Source: Candidatus Nezhaarchaeales archaeon
Lineage (GTDB): Archaea > Thermoproteota > Methanomethylicia > Nezhaarchaeales > WYZ-LMO8
Direction of reading: 5' to 3'
NCBI GenBank assembly: GCA_038887515.1
Contig: JAWAKK010000001.1
Span: forward strand, 1-64,000
Length of the DNA: 64,000 nucleotides
The stretch's first letter is position 1. Every line of letters starts with the position of its first letter. Positions 38,337-48,330 of the stretch are shown in pieces. The notes beneath the pieces are model-generated. The model had not been told where the DNA came from, made no database searches, and saw only the letters and a program-made list of their open reading frames with translations. A program made the translations under genes and the position numbers.

Positions 38337-39188
38337 TTGAGTCAACAAGCTCCTGTCAGGGTGGGCATCATAAAGTTGGGTTGCGTAGGCTGCGCCCCCC
38401 TCCTAGAATATTTACTCGATGAAAGAGCTGACAGAAACGATATAACCGTCAGGATTGTGTCAAGTGGGGCAAAAATGACTGCTGAAGAAGCAGAAGAAGT
38501 CGTTAAGATGCTGGAACCATTTAAACCTCAATTAATCTTAATTGTTAGTCCGAATGCAGCCTTGCCGGGGCCGACGAGAGCTAGAGACTTAGCCAAGTCC
38601 TTTAATGCACCCATAGTAATAATATCCGATGCGCCGGCTAAGAAGGCGGTAAGCAAATTCGAAGAAGGCGGGTTCGGCTACATAATAGTCGAAGCAGACT
38701 CTATGATTGGAGCGCGAAGAGAGTTTCTTGATCCCACAGAAATGGCGCTTTTCAATGCCGATATAATAAGGGTTTTAGCTATAACGGGGGTCTTTAACTT
38801 AATAGTCAAGACATTGGACGACATTATAGCTTCAATTAAAAAAGGAGGAGAAGTAAAGTTACCGAAGCTTATAGTAAGCAAAGAACTAGCACTTGAAAAC
38901 GCTGGCTTCTCGAATCCCTACGCCTATGCCAAGGCCATGGCGGCCTTTGAAGCAGCAAAAAAGGTCGCAGATTTAACTACAGAAGGTTGCTTTAAGGTTC
39001 AAGAGTGGGAAAAATACATACCACTCGTAGCGGCTGGTCACGAATTGATGAGGTATGCTGCTAAGTTATCGGATGAAGCTAGAGAAATCGAGAAGGGATT
39101 AGACCAACTAATGAGAATGCCTCATAGGGCAAGTGGCGAATTAGCAGTTAAAAGGAGATTGATAGAGAAGTTGCCTCCAAAAGCGTGA
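38337..39188 (+). CDS. mtd: F420-dependent methylene-H4MPT dehydrogenase
   Basis: LLDERADR, SGAKM, SPNAALPGP and DSMIGARREFLDPTEMALFNAD motifs. Confidence 0.96.
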   Translation: MSQQAPVRVGIIKLGCVGCAPLLEYLLDERADRNDITVRIVSSGAKMTAEEAEEVVKMLEPFKPQLILIVSPNAALPGPTRARDLAKSFNAPIVIISDAPAKKAVSKFEEGGFGYIIVEADSMIGARREFLDPTEMALFNADIIRVLAITGVFNLIVKTLDDIIASIKKGGEVKLPKLIVSKELALENAGFSNPYAYAKAMAAFEAAKKVADLTTEGCFKVQEWEKYIPLVAAGHELMRYAAKLSDEAREIEKGLDQLMRMPHRASGELAVKRRLIEKLPPKA

Positions 39189-39198
39189 GTGATAATTA

Positions 39199-40941
39199 AT
39201 GCCACGATTAGAAGCCATACTGATAACGGGTAGAACGCTGAGGCAAGGTGCTCAGATAGAAACTGCCCGCCTTACCAAAGACTATGCGGATGCAGCCGCT
39301 GTGTGTTTCATGAACCCTGAAGATATGGCGGAGTTAGGGATAAAGGAAGGGTCCAACGTTAAAGTAACTACAGAAGCTGGTTCCGTGGTTGTTAGAGCAT
39401 CAGCTTATAGAGGAAACCCCAAGGGACTAATATTTATCCCGTTAGGGCCTTGGGCAAACACTATCATTCCTTCAAAGACAAGGAGCACCGGCATGCCCTT
39501 CTTTAAGGACGTCAAAGCGATCGTGGAACCTACTGACGAGCCAGTACCATCAGTAGAGGAAATAGTCTTTAGGAATTCTAGCAAAAAACCTCTAAAGGTG
39601 CCCGTGGAATACTTAATGAGTCCAGCGGACTTTAAAGGTGAAGGTATTTTCGAAAATCATGTTTGTACTATATGTGCATGCCTTTGCGACGACTTAGTGC
39701 TTGAAGTTAAAGGAGGTATAATAGCGAATGTAAAGAATGCTTGCGCGAGATCGATTGCAAAGTTCAAATCTTACGCTGCTGAGAGAGTTAAAACCCCGCT
39801 CCTAAGGATAGGCGATGAGCTCAAACCCATTAGTTACGAAGAAGCGATAGCGAGGGCAGCTAAGATACTTGTTGAAGCTAAGTACCCTCTGTTATTTGGT
39901 TGGAGTGAAACTTCAAATGAAGCTGCGAGACTTGGAGTGAGATTGGCCGAACTTGTAGGAGGCGTAATTGACTGTCTAGCTACGTTCTGTCATGGTCCAT
40001 CAGTTATGGGTATCCAACAATTTGGAATAGTGACATCGACTTTGGGAAACATAAGGGACAACGCGGACTTAATGGTCTTCTGGGGTTGCAACCCTCCAGC
40101 TGCGCATCCGAGGCACTTCATTAGGTACTCAGCCTTGGCTAAAGGGTCTAAGATTAAGGGTCGTGCTGATAGAAAGATAATAGTAGTCGATGTAAGAGAG
40201 ACGGAAGCTTCCAAGACAGCGGACATTTTCGTTAAAGTGAAACCTGGAATGGATTATGAGCTTTTGACAGCTTTATTAATGGCGGTGAAGGGGCTCGATG
40301 TAGAAGACGACGAGGTTGCAGGAGTACCAAGAGAAACAATACTTAAGCTGGCCGATGCCATGATGTCGGCCAAGTTTGGTGTGCTCTTTTATGGTCTAGG
40401 GCTAACGGCTACGTCTGCAAGAAATAGGAACATCGAAGCCGCTATAAGGCTGGTACAAGCACTAAACGATTGGACAACCTTTAGCTTAAACTTGATGAGA
40501 GGTCATTGGAACGTGGCTGGAAATAATCAAGCTTTTAGCTGGCTGACGGGCTACCCCTACGCAATAGACTTGAGCCAGGGCTATCCGAGATACAATCCAG
40601 GCGTAACGACGACTATAGACTTGTTGGTCAGAGGAGAAGTAGATGCGGCCATGATAATAGCAAGCGATCCTGGAGCTCACTTCCCTGCTCAAGCTCTTAT
40701 GCATTTAGCTAAGATACCTCTAATAGTTGTAGACCCTAAGTGGTCATTAATAGCTAGCCTAGCCGACCTTTACATACCAACAAAGATGGTTGGAGTAGAC
40801 GCTGAAGGGTCTTGCTATAGAATGGACAACGTGGTCCTAAGAGCTAGAAAGGTACTTGAAACCGACGGCTTGATGGATGACGTCACGTTACTCGAGAAGT
40901 TGATTGAAAAAGTTAAGGAGGTTAAGTCTCATGCGGCATGA
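39199..40941 (+). CDS. fwdB: Formylmethanofuran dehydrogenase subunit D-B fusion
   Basis: About the first 125 aa are FwdD-like (LITGRTLRQG, IFIPLGPWAN, TGMPFFK). The rest is FwdB (CTICACLCDD, CHGPS, FWGCNP..AHPRH, MRGHWNV, YRMDNV). Confidence 0.92.
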   Translation: MPRLEAILITGRTLRQGAQIETARLTKDYADAAAVCFMNPEDMAELGIKEGSNVKVTTEAGSVVVRASAYRGNPKGLIFIPLGPWANTIIPSKTRSTGMPFFKDVKAIVEPTDEPVPSVEEIVFRNSSKKPLKVPVEYLMSPADFKGEGIFENHVCTICACLCDDLVLEVKGGIIANVKNACARSIAKFKSYAAERVKTPLLRIGDELKPISYEEAIARAAKILVEAKYPLLFGWSETSNEAARLGVRLAELVGGVIDCLATFCHGPSVMGIQQFGIVTSTLGNIRDNADLMVFWGCNPPAAHPRHFIRYSALAKGSKIKGRADRKIIVVDVRETEASKTADIFVKVKPGMDYELLTALLMAVKGLDVEDDEVAGVPRETILKLADAMMSAKFGVLFYGLGLTATSARNRNIEAAIRLVQALNDWTTFSLNLMRGHWNVAGNNQAFSWLTGYPYAIDLSQGYPRYNPGVTTTIDLLVRGEVDAAMIIASDPGAHFPAQALMHLAKIPLIVVDPKWSLIASLADLYIPTKMVGVDAEGSCYRMDNVVLRARKVLETDGLMDDVTLLEKLIEKVKEVKSHAA

Positions 40942-42646
40942 ATCCCTAATAATTAAGGGAGGCTACGTAATCGACCCATTAAATAAAGTGAACTGTGAAG
41001 TCGTGGATATAGGCGTGGCTGGTGGAAAAATAGTCGATCCATCAACTATAGAGGGGAAAGCTAAGGTCATAGATGCAAAAGGCAAATTAGTAATGCCTGG
41101 AGGGATCGATCTCCACACTCACGTTGCAGGACCTAAATTCAATGCTGGCAGGATCATGAGCCCTCAGGATCACAAGAGGGCGTGGATTAGAGCAACATTA
41201 ACTAGCAGGTCTGGAGTAGGGCTGACAGTTCCATCAACGACCTTCATTGGCTACAGGTACGCTCAGATGGGATGGACCACCATAGTAGAGCCGGCGACTC
41301 CGCCATTTAAGACCAGACACACCCATGAAGAGTTAGACGACATACCGATAGTCGACAAGGCATGCTTCCCACTTTTCGGTAATAGCAGGATAGTCATGGA
41401 CCTCGTCAGTAAGGATGACATCGAAGGTCTCAAGGCCTATGTAGCGTGGGTACTGAAATCCATTAAGGGATACGCTATAAAGATAGTGAACCCAGGTGTT
41501 GCTGAACCCACCTGGTGGAATAAGTACATAGGTCTAGACCTAGACGACGAATTACCTGAATTCGGTATAACCCCTCGCGACATTGTAAGGGCACTTTGTA
41601 GAACTTCTATAGAACTTAAGCTCCCTCATCAAATACATGTACATTGCAACAGGCTTGGCTTCCCTGGGAACTATATGTCGACTTTGAAGACCATGGATTG
41701 CGTATCCGATTTGTACGGAGGTAGCAAACCAATAATCCACATAACTCACGTACAATTCACGGGCTATGCTGGCACGTCGTGGGCTAACTTAGCTTCTGGA
41801 GGCGAAGATATAGCTAAGTACCTGAACGCCCACGATCACGTAACGCTAGATCTAGGTCAAGTGGTCTTTGGCGATGCTTTAACTATGACTGCTGACGCAC
41901 CATTCGAGTACGTCCTCTTCCACATAATGAAAGGTAAGTGGCATAGCGTGATGACGGAGGCGGAAGCAACAGCTGGCGTTGTCCCTTATGCTTACAAGAA
42001 GAACAATTATGTAAATACCGTGCAGTGGTGTATTGGACTTGAGATAGCGCTCCTAACCAAAGATCCTTGGAAGATAGTCTTCGCAACGGACAATCCAAAT
42101 GCGGGCAGGTTCACTAAATATCCCCTGGCTCTCTCATGGTTCGTAAGCAAAAAAGCGAGAGAAGAAGTCATGAAAAAGGTTAACCGAAGAGCCCTCAAAC
42201 ACACTACTCTTCCATCAATAGAGAGAGAGTACACCTTGTATGATGTAGCGATAGTTACGAGAGCTGGCCCCGCGAAAATACTAGGCGTCGAAAAATATAA
42301 GGGTCACCTGGGAGTAGGGGCTGATGCAGACATAGCCATTTATGATCTAAACCCAGCAGAGGTCAACATTTCGCGAGATTACAAGGCCTTTGTGAAAGCC
42401 TTCAAGAGGGCTTGGTATACAATAAAGTCCGGTGTAATAGTTGTAAAGGAGGGCAGTATCGTCGAGCCAAACTTTTATGGAGCCACATACTACGTCGACG
42501 CAACAAAGCTAGTAGACTCGGACGTCTACAATAGAACTGTTAACTATCTTAAAGAAGTGTTTCCACAAAACTACAGTATGTCGTTCCATAATTACATCAT
42601 AGATGATAGAGAACTTAGGAACCCTGTCAAACTGGAGGTGAGATAA
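40931..42646 (+). CDS. fwdA: Formylmethanofuran dehydrogenase subunit A
   Basis: MPGGIDLHTHVAG, RHTHEE, KIVNPG, HVHCNRLGFPGN and TDNPNAG motifs. Confidence 0.95.
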   Translation: MRHESLIIKGGYVIDPLNKVNCEVVDIGVAGGKIVDPSTIEGKAKVIDAKGKLVMPGGIDLHTHVAGPKFNAGRIMSPQDHKRAWIRATLTSRSGVGLTVPSTTFIGYRYAQMGWTTIVEPATPPFKTRHTHEELDDIPIVDKACFPLFGNSRIVMDLVSKDDIEGLKAYVAWVLKSIKGYAIKIVNPGVAEPTWWNKYIGLDLDDELPEFGITPRDIVRALCRTSIELKLPHQIHVHCNRLGFPGNYMSTLKTMDCVSDLYGGSKPIIHITHVQFTGYAGTSWANLASGGEDIAKYLNAHDHVTLDLGQVVFGDALTMTADAPFEYVLFHIMKGKWHSVMTEAEATAGVVPYAYKKNNYVNTVQWCIGLEIALLTKDPWKIVFATDNPNAGRFTKYPLALSWFVSKKAREEVMKKVNRRALKHTTLPSIEREYTLYDVAIVTRAGPAKILGVEKYKGHLGVGADADIAIYDLNPAEVNISRDYKAFVKAFKRAWYTIKSGVIVVKEGSIVEPNFYGATYYVDATKLVDSDVYNRTVNYLKEVFPQNYSMSFHNYIIDDRELRNPVKLEVR

Positions 42647-42648
42647 GA

Positions 42649-43500
42649 ATGCCCATCTTGAATTTAACATTAAGTAAGGATCCAATAGTCCCTGTAGAAG
42701 TTGAGACGGTGACTCCAGATAAAGTAGCTGGCTTAACGTTGAACGAAGTGGCTAAGATAACATTGTGGGTTGGAAATAGACAGCTAAGAGTAGGTGAGGT
42801 TTTCCAACTAGAGGGCGAGGTGGGCTCAAAGCCTGATGAAGTGAAGATAGTCTTTAAAGGCTTTACAAATAGACTAAGGCGAGTTGGCGAAAAGATGAGT
42901 TGCGGCGAGATCGAAGTACTTGGAGGTGTAGGACCGTACGCCGGGCGGAAGATGAAAGGGGGGAAGCTAGTGATAAAAGGTTCGACTGGAGCATGCCTAG
43001 GAGCGAAGATGTATGATGGCATCATAGAGGTTTTTGGGTCGGCTGGAGACCGCGTAGGTGGAGCATACAGAGGAGAGCTCCCGGCGAAAGGTATGAAGGG
43101 CGGAACGATAATTATCCATGGCGATGCGGGAGCTGAAGTAGGGCTTGGCATGAGGGGCGGAACCATAGTAGTCGATGGCTCGTGCGATATCATGCCAGGT
43201 TTGGATATGAGTGGTGGGACTATACTTGTAAAGGGGAGCTGTGCTGGCAAGGCGGGTGCGAGGATGACCGGAGGGAGGATCGTAATAGTCGGGAGGATCT
43301 CGACGATATTGCCGAGTTTCTATGCCGATGAAATAAGGCCTTCAATAAAGATAGCGGGCGAAAAGATTGATGGACCATTGCTGGTATTCGTTGGCGACGC
43401 TATAGTAAGTGAGAAGTGCGGTGGAAGGTTGATGATAAATTTAAGGAACAACCCCCACCTGAAAAGGTACGAAGAACTTCTGGTGGAGAAGATAGAATAA
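42649..43500 (+). CDS. fwdC: Formylmethanofuran dehydrogenase subunit C
   Basis: Repeated G-x-x-M-x-G-G beta-helix motifs. Confidence 0.95.
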   Translation: MPILNLTLSKDPIVPVEVETVTPDKVAGLTLNEVAKITLWVGNRQLRVGEVFQLEGEVGSKPDEVKIVFKGFTNRLRRVGEKMSCGEIEVLGGVGPYAGRKMKGGKLVIKGSTGACLGAKMYDGIIEVFGSAGDRVGGAYRGELPAKGMKGGTIIIHGDAGAEVGLGMRGGTIVVDGSCDIMPGLDMSGGTILVKGSCAGKAGARMTGGRIVIVGRISTILPSFYADEIRPSIKIAGEKIDGPLLVFVGDAIVSEKCGGRLMINLRNNPHLKRYEELLVEKIE

Positions 43501-43547
43501 TCCTAAACTTTTTTCATTAACTTTTAAGAAAAGGGGGAAGTTTAGGC

Positions 43548-44552
43548 TTATTTGAATGCGGTTATGATTTTCCTACCTATAACGTCTATAGCGGCCTTCT
43601 TCTTCGGACCTAGTGGTGACCCTGCGACAAACTGTGTTACTCCCATCTTCAGGAGTTGTTCAATCCTTGATATACAATCTTCAGGAGTTCCAGAAACTGA
43701 GAATGCGTCTAGAGATGCATCAGAAACGGCTTTACTCGCTCCTGGAATATCACCTCTAGCTAAGGCCCCTCTTATGGTTTCCACCTCTTCTCTCTTAATA
43801 CCGTGCCTATTAAGTACGTTATCCGGTGCACCAGCTACTATAAAAGCTACAACAGTTTTCGCGGCCTCCTTGGCTTTAGCCGCATTTTCATCAACTGATA
43901 AAGCTGCGTAAGCTACTACGTCTATATCCTCTACCCTCCTGCCAGCCTTAGCTGCGCCCTCTCTTATGTACTTCACGGCTTGTTCAAAGTCTTTAGGGTG
44001 AGATGCATTGATTAATACTCCGTCGCCTATAGCTCCTGCAAGCTCAAGCATCTTAGGCCCTTGAGCACCTATGTAAACCGGTATTTGCGTTGAAGGCTTA
44101 AAACTGAGCTTAGCATTAGATAGGTTAAAGACGTCTCCTGTGAAGTTAACGGTTTCACCTGCCCAAAGTCTCCTTATTATTTCGACGGCCTCTCTAACTG
44201 CTGACAGCGGCTTCTCGAAGCTTATCCCTATTTGACCTAGCGTCGATCGATCACCAGGGCCTAGCCCCAAGACGGCTCTACCGTTACTCACTTCGCTTAA
44301 TGTTGCTATCGCTGATGCCGTCCAAGCCGGGTGTACGTGAAACGGGTTTGTGACGCCAGTGCCAAGTTTCACATTTTTCGTATTTAATGCAGCTACTGCT
44401 AGTGCTACGTAGACGCACCGGTTAGAGTAGTGGTCTGTCACCCAAACGTAATCGAAACCGGCATTCTCTGCTTGAACTATAGAACTTACTAGCCCATCGA
44501 TAGTAGTTGCAGGGACGAATTCTATACCAAATTTTAGGGGCATTTCGAACAC
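43548..44552 (-). CDS. mer: F420-dependent methylene-H4MPT reductase
   Basis: KFGIEFVP, WVTDHY.NR, GVTNP, GAQGPKML, LINAS and GSPLGP motifs. Confidence 0.95.
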   Translation of the reverse strand: MFEMPLKFGIEFVPATTIDGLVSSIVQAENAGFDYVWVTDHYSNRCVYVALAVAALNTKNVKLGTGVTNPFHVHPAWTASAIATLSEVSNGRAVLGLGPGDRSTLGQIGISFEKPLSAVREAVEIIRRLWAGETVNFTGDVFNLSNAKLSFKPSTQIPVYIGAQGPKMLELAGAIGDGVLINASHPKDFEQAVKYIREGAAKAGRRVEDIDVVAYAALSVDENAAKAKEAAKTVVAFIVAGAPDNVLNRHGIKREEVETIRGALARGDIPGASKAVSDASLDAFSVSGTPEDCISRIEQLLKMGVTQFVAGSPLGPKKKAAIDVIGRKIITAFK

Positions 44553-44688
44553 ACCCTAAACTGCTTTAGAGATTTTGCTACCTTATTTTTGCTTATGTAT
44601 TGTCGCTTAAAGCTTTCCTTTCTCAATGGTCATTCAAAGGGTTTAAACAAACCTAAACCATCAAAATAATTAAAAATAAAGAGACAGC

Positions 44689-45639
44689 CTATAGTTCTAC
44701 TGATCTTCTCAGGACTTCTGGGTTTACTCTTCCGCCTACGTACGTCTTTCCACTCTTCTTGCTTGTCAATAGAAGTTTGCCTATCGTGAAGAATGAGGGG
44801 TCGAGCTTTGACCAGTCGAAGTTGACCGCTTTTAACGCTTCGTATGAAGTCTTCCCATAGTCTGGCCAGGCGGTGGCAGGGGCTTTAGCTATGTATTCCA
44901 TCAACTTACCGTCGTCTTCGTCTATTACGTAACATCCAACGCCACCATAGAGCAAGGCATCCTCCTCTTTAGCTGTTGAGATACCTACGTCGGGGTGTGG
45001 AGGCATTATAGGAGCAGACCCACTTGCGAACGCAACCTTGTTCGGGTCTAACCCTAAGTATTCGAGCCTATATAGTCCTGTCTCAACAACCCTTCCGGAT
45101 ACTTGGACTGAGCCAGCCATGGAGGCAGTCGTAGTCAAGATTATGTATAGATTTTGCGGTGAAACTTTACACTCAGCGGCTACCTTCTGGGCGACCTCAT
45201 CTGTGGGCCTCTTAGTGGTCTCCATAACTATGACAGCTTCACTATGATCGTCTCTGTAACCTATTTTCTCGAATACTTTCTTAGGCTTTAACGCTAAGGC
45301 TCTCGCGGGTCCCGACGATGGGGCAAAGAAATCTCCAACTTTCACCATCCATCCAGCTAGCTGACACCCAAGCAACGATAGGGCTGGGTGGTCTGTTGCG
45401 ACAACTATAGTTGGGAGTTCAAGTTCGCCGTAGGTCTCATAAGTAAGCCAGCAGTTTGCTAAGCCTCCTAGGCATATCTCTGTTAGCTTTATTCCAGCCA
45501 AGTATCCACCTAAAGCTTCTAAACCGGTGTCTATTACCGTAGCCCCGCAAGCTAGCTTCTCTACCTTAACTTTGTACTCTTCCTGCCTATCTATAAGCTC
45601 TTTGACTATATTCATAGCTAAACGGTTAACGCTTAACAT
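44689..45639 (-). CDS. mch: Methenyl-H4MPT cyclohydrolase (divergent)
   Basis: MLSVN, ICLGGL, GCQLAGW, SGPARALALKP and GSVQVSGRVVETG motifs. Confidence 0.9.
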   Translation of the reverse strand: MLSVNRLAMNIVKELIDRQEEYKVKVEKLACGATVIDTGLEALGGYLAGIKLTEICLGGLANCWLTYETYGELELPTIVVATDHPALSLLGCQLAGWMVKVGDFFAPSSGPARALALKPKKVFEKIGYRDDHSEAVIVMETTKRPTDEVAQKVAAECKVSPQNLYIILTTTASMAGSVQVSGRVVETGLYRLEYLGLDPNKVAFASGSAPIMPPHPDVGISTAKEEDALLYGGVGCYVIDEDDGKLMEYIAKAPATAWPDYGKTSYEALKAVNFDWSKLDPSFFTIGKLLLTSKKSGKTYVGGRVNPEVLRRSVEL

Positions 45640-45725
45640 AGCCTACCGATCACCACGCAAATAATTGCTCGTCGGTCGGCAGATAACTTTTTATCAAGTT
45701 TACAAGGTTTTGATTCTTCAACTAT

Positions 45726-46448
45726 CTAAATGAAGCCAAGGGATTTTAAGTCTTGAACCCTAACTTTACCTGAGTGTAGAGCTGAACCTACGAGTACGCC
45801 GGATACACCTTCTCTGCATAGTTCAATTATGTCAACGAGTCCTCTAACGCCTCCGCCGACGTAGACTTCGAACCCTCTTCGGACAAGATACTTTGCGCCA
45901 TCTATGTTAGGTCCAGAGCACGACCCTATTCTGTTGAAGTCCATTAAGATAATCTTCCGAACATTCAGCTTACTAAGTATTTCACATGCTTCCTCTAAGT
46001 TTTTGCCAGCAATTTCAGGTGCTCTACTTACAATGGCATCATTCTTCAGATCAATACTAAGAAAAACATTACTGTTACAAGCTTTGAGAGCCCTTGATAG
46101 GAAGTTTAAGCTGGGAGCGCTCTCAGTTGCAATAACGGGGTAATCCGCTATCTGGACAGCTTTCTCGAGCTTTTCTTCACAATCTACCCCTATGTCGGCC
46201 ATTATCTTGATCCTCGCCTCCCTCCTCAACGAGTTAAAGATAGCCTCATTGATTCTACCATTTAGTATGGAGTCTAGGTCAGCTATGTAAATGACCTTAA
46301 AGCCTTCTAACATGAACTTGTAGGCCAGCTTAAGCGGGTCGCAAGTCCCATAAACGCTGTCTGATATCGGCTTATATAGATCTCTAAGACCTCGTATTGC
46401 GCGAACAACTAACCCATCCTTTATGTCTATAACTGGCACTACTATCAT
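45726..46448 (-). CDS. HisA/HisF-related TIM-barrel protein associated with C1 cofactor clusters
   Basis: PVIDIKDGLVVRA, YIADLDSI and YVGGGVR motifs; adjacent to the mfn genes. Confidence 0.8.
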   Translation of the reverse strand: MIVVPVIDIKDGLVVRAIRGLRDLYKPISDSVYGTCDPLKLAYKFMLEGFKVIYIADLDSILNGRINEAIFNSLRREARIKIMADIGVDCEEKLEKAVQIADYPVIATESAPSLNFLSRALKACNSNVFLSIDLKNDAIVSRAPEIAGKNLEEACEILSKLNVRKIILMDFNRIGSCSGPNIDGAKYLVRRGFEVYVGGGVRGLVDIIELCREGVSGVLVGSALHSGKVRVQDLKSLGFI

Positions 46449-46635
46449 GTAATATCAAACCTCTCTTCTTGATCAATGCATCGAGTTTTTTAAGCTGTAC
46501 CCGCAATTTAACATTAGTACACCGACACAATAATACGCAAAAACGTCTACGTGCTTATCGACAATTCGTATATAAGATCTTCGTAATCCTTGAAATCTTT
46601 TAATGTAAAGCTTTACTAGTTTTCCTGGTGAAAGT

Positions 46636-47697
46636 GTGTTGTTCTTGGGTATAGACATTGGAGGGGCTAACATTAAAGCCTCACTTTTCAAGGTTGATAA
46701 TTACTTTGAGTTAAAGTCGGTTAAGCTACACTACCCCATCTGGATTAGAGGTGTCAATGAGTTACCCAGAGCTATCGAGCATGTTATGTCTCTACTAGGT
46801 TGTAGCAATGCAAATTACGTGGCTCTAACTATGACTGCAGAGCTCTCAGACATCTTTAAGGATAAGAGGGAAGGCGTCGAGAAGATAATATTCAATTTAA
46901 AGCAAGTTTTTAAAGACTTCAAGGTTATAGCGACTGATGGCTCTCTACTAGATCCCGACGATGCGGTTAAACGCTTCATGGATGTAGCCGCTGCGAACTG
47001 GTGGTGTGTAGGTTGGTTTGCAGCTCAGTTAAATGAGAGTTGTGTCGTTGTGGATGTTGGAAGCACTACTACAACCATAACTCCGGTTGTTAAAGGACGG
47101 AGCGCAGCTAGTGGCTTCAACGATCTAGAGAAGATGAGCTTAGGAGAAATAGTTTATGTGGGCTCTCTAAGGACACCTGTATCTTCCGTGGTTTCAGCAG
47201 TCCCGGTAAACGGGATATTGTGCAGAGTTTCGTCGGAATACTTTGCTAATATAGGCGATGTAAACATTTTGTTGGGTCTCCTCAAAGAAGAGGAGTACGA
47301 TGTAGGCACTCCAGATGGGAGAGGAAAGAGCCTAGAAGATTGCCACTACAGATTATCAAGAGTTGTGTGCGGTGATGGGAAGATGTTAAAAATGTTACAA
47401 ACAAAAATAATGGCCAGTTTCATATATAATAAGGTTGTCGAAAAGGTTTTCGAAGGTCTTTTACAAGTTCTTAGTAAACTGGCTTCAGAAGATCACTTTA
47501 TCGATTTAGGCTTCGCAGCAGGTCTAGGAGACTTTATAGCGCTTGACGCTATAAAGAGAGCAGGTCTTCGAGGAGTTTTATTTAGAGAGATTATAGGCCG
47601 GGACAATAGCATTGCCTTAACTTCGTCCTCACTCGCTATATACTTAGCTTACAATATGGGGGTCGATGTTAAAAAATGGATTTCATTATTAAAATAG
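46636..47697 (+). CDS. mfnF: MfnF-like hydantoinase/oxoprolinase-family protein (methanofuran biosynthesis)
   Basis: GIDIGGANIK, TMTAELSD.F..KREGV, AAANW, DVGSTTT and TPDGRGK motifs. Confidence 0.85.
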   Translation: MLFLGIDIGGANIKASLFKVDNYFELKSVKLHYPIWIRGVNELPRAIEHVMSLLGCSNANYVALTMTAELSDIFKDKREGVEKIIFNLKQVFKDFKVIATDGSLLDPDDAVKRFMDVAAANWWCVGWFAAQLNESCVVVDVGSTTTTITPVVKGRSAASGFNDLEKMSLGEIVYVGSLRTPVSSVVSAVPVNGILCRVSSEYFANIGDVNILLGLLKEEEYDVGTPDGRGKSLEDCHYRLSRVVCGDGKMLKMLQTKIMASFIYNKVVEKVFEGLLQVLSKLASEDHFIDLGFAAGLGDFIALDAIKRAGLRGVLFREIIGRDNSIALTSSSLAIYLAYNMGVDVKKWISLLK

Positions 47698-48326
47698 GTG
47701 GATCACTCTGTAAGCACCCCAACGCACTTCATAGACTTTGTAGTAGGTTGTCTAAGTGGCTGAAGGGTAAAGAATGCATTGTAACGCCAGGGGGAGGACC
47801 TTTTGCCGACATTATAAGGCACATGCAGCGCGTTCATACCATATCGGACGATGTAGCACACGAAATGGCTCTATTAGCTGTAGATCAGTATGGACTAATG
47901 TTAAGCGAGTTGATAAGAGGATCTATTCCGGTAAGAACCTTAGTTGATGCGAAGAAAATAGCGAACCATGCAATCCCGATATTGTTACCCAGTTACTTAA
48001 TCATTAGCTTAGATATACTTGAACACACGTGGAACGCAGGTTCAGATTGTATCGCAGCTATAGTAGCTAAAACATGTTCTTCAAAGAGACTGATATTAGT
48101 TAAAGATGTTGATGGGATTTACGACCCGCAAGACCAATCAAAGATGCTAACCGAAGTTCCCTCAAGTCAGCTCGAAAACGTTAAGACGTGTCTCGACCCA
48201 CTACTTCCGAGACTGCTCAGAGGCTCTACCATAGAATGTATAGTAGTTAATGGTCTTAAACCGAGTAGAGTAAAGGCAGCAATCGAGGGGTCAGAGACTG
48301 TATGTACTAAGATTGTAGCTGATTGA
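47676..48326 (+). CDS. mfnE: MfnE-like amino-acid-kinase-family protein
   Basis: IKIGGSL, PGGGPFAD, HEMALLA and KDVDGI motifs; coupled to mfnF. Confidence 0.8.
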   Translation: MDFIIKIGGSLCKHPNALHRLCSRLSKWLKGKECIVTPGGGPFADIIRHMQRVHTISDDVAHEMALLAVDQYGLMLSELIRGSIPVRTLVDAKKIANHAIPILLPSYLIISLDILEHTWNAGSDCIAAIVAKTCSSKRLILVKDVDGIYDPQDQSKMLTEVPSSQLENVKTCLDPLLPRLLRGSTIECIVVNGLKPSRVKAAIEGSETVCTKIVAD

Positions 48327-48330
48327 TGTC

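Noticed and set aside
39985-39996. Selenocysteine in FwdB
   Set aside because: The position is a normal Cys codon (TGT in CHGP); there is no in-frame TGA.
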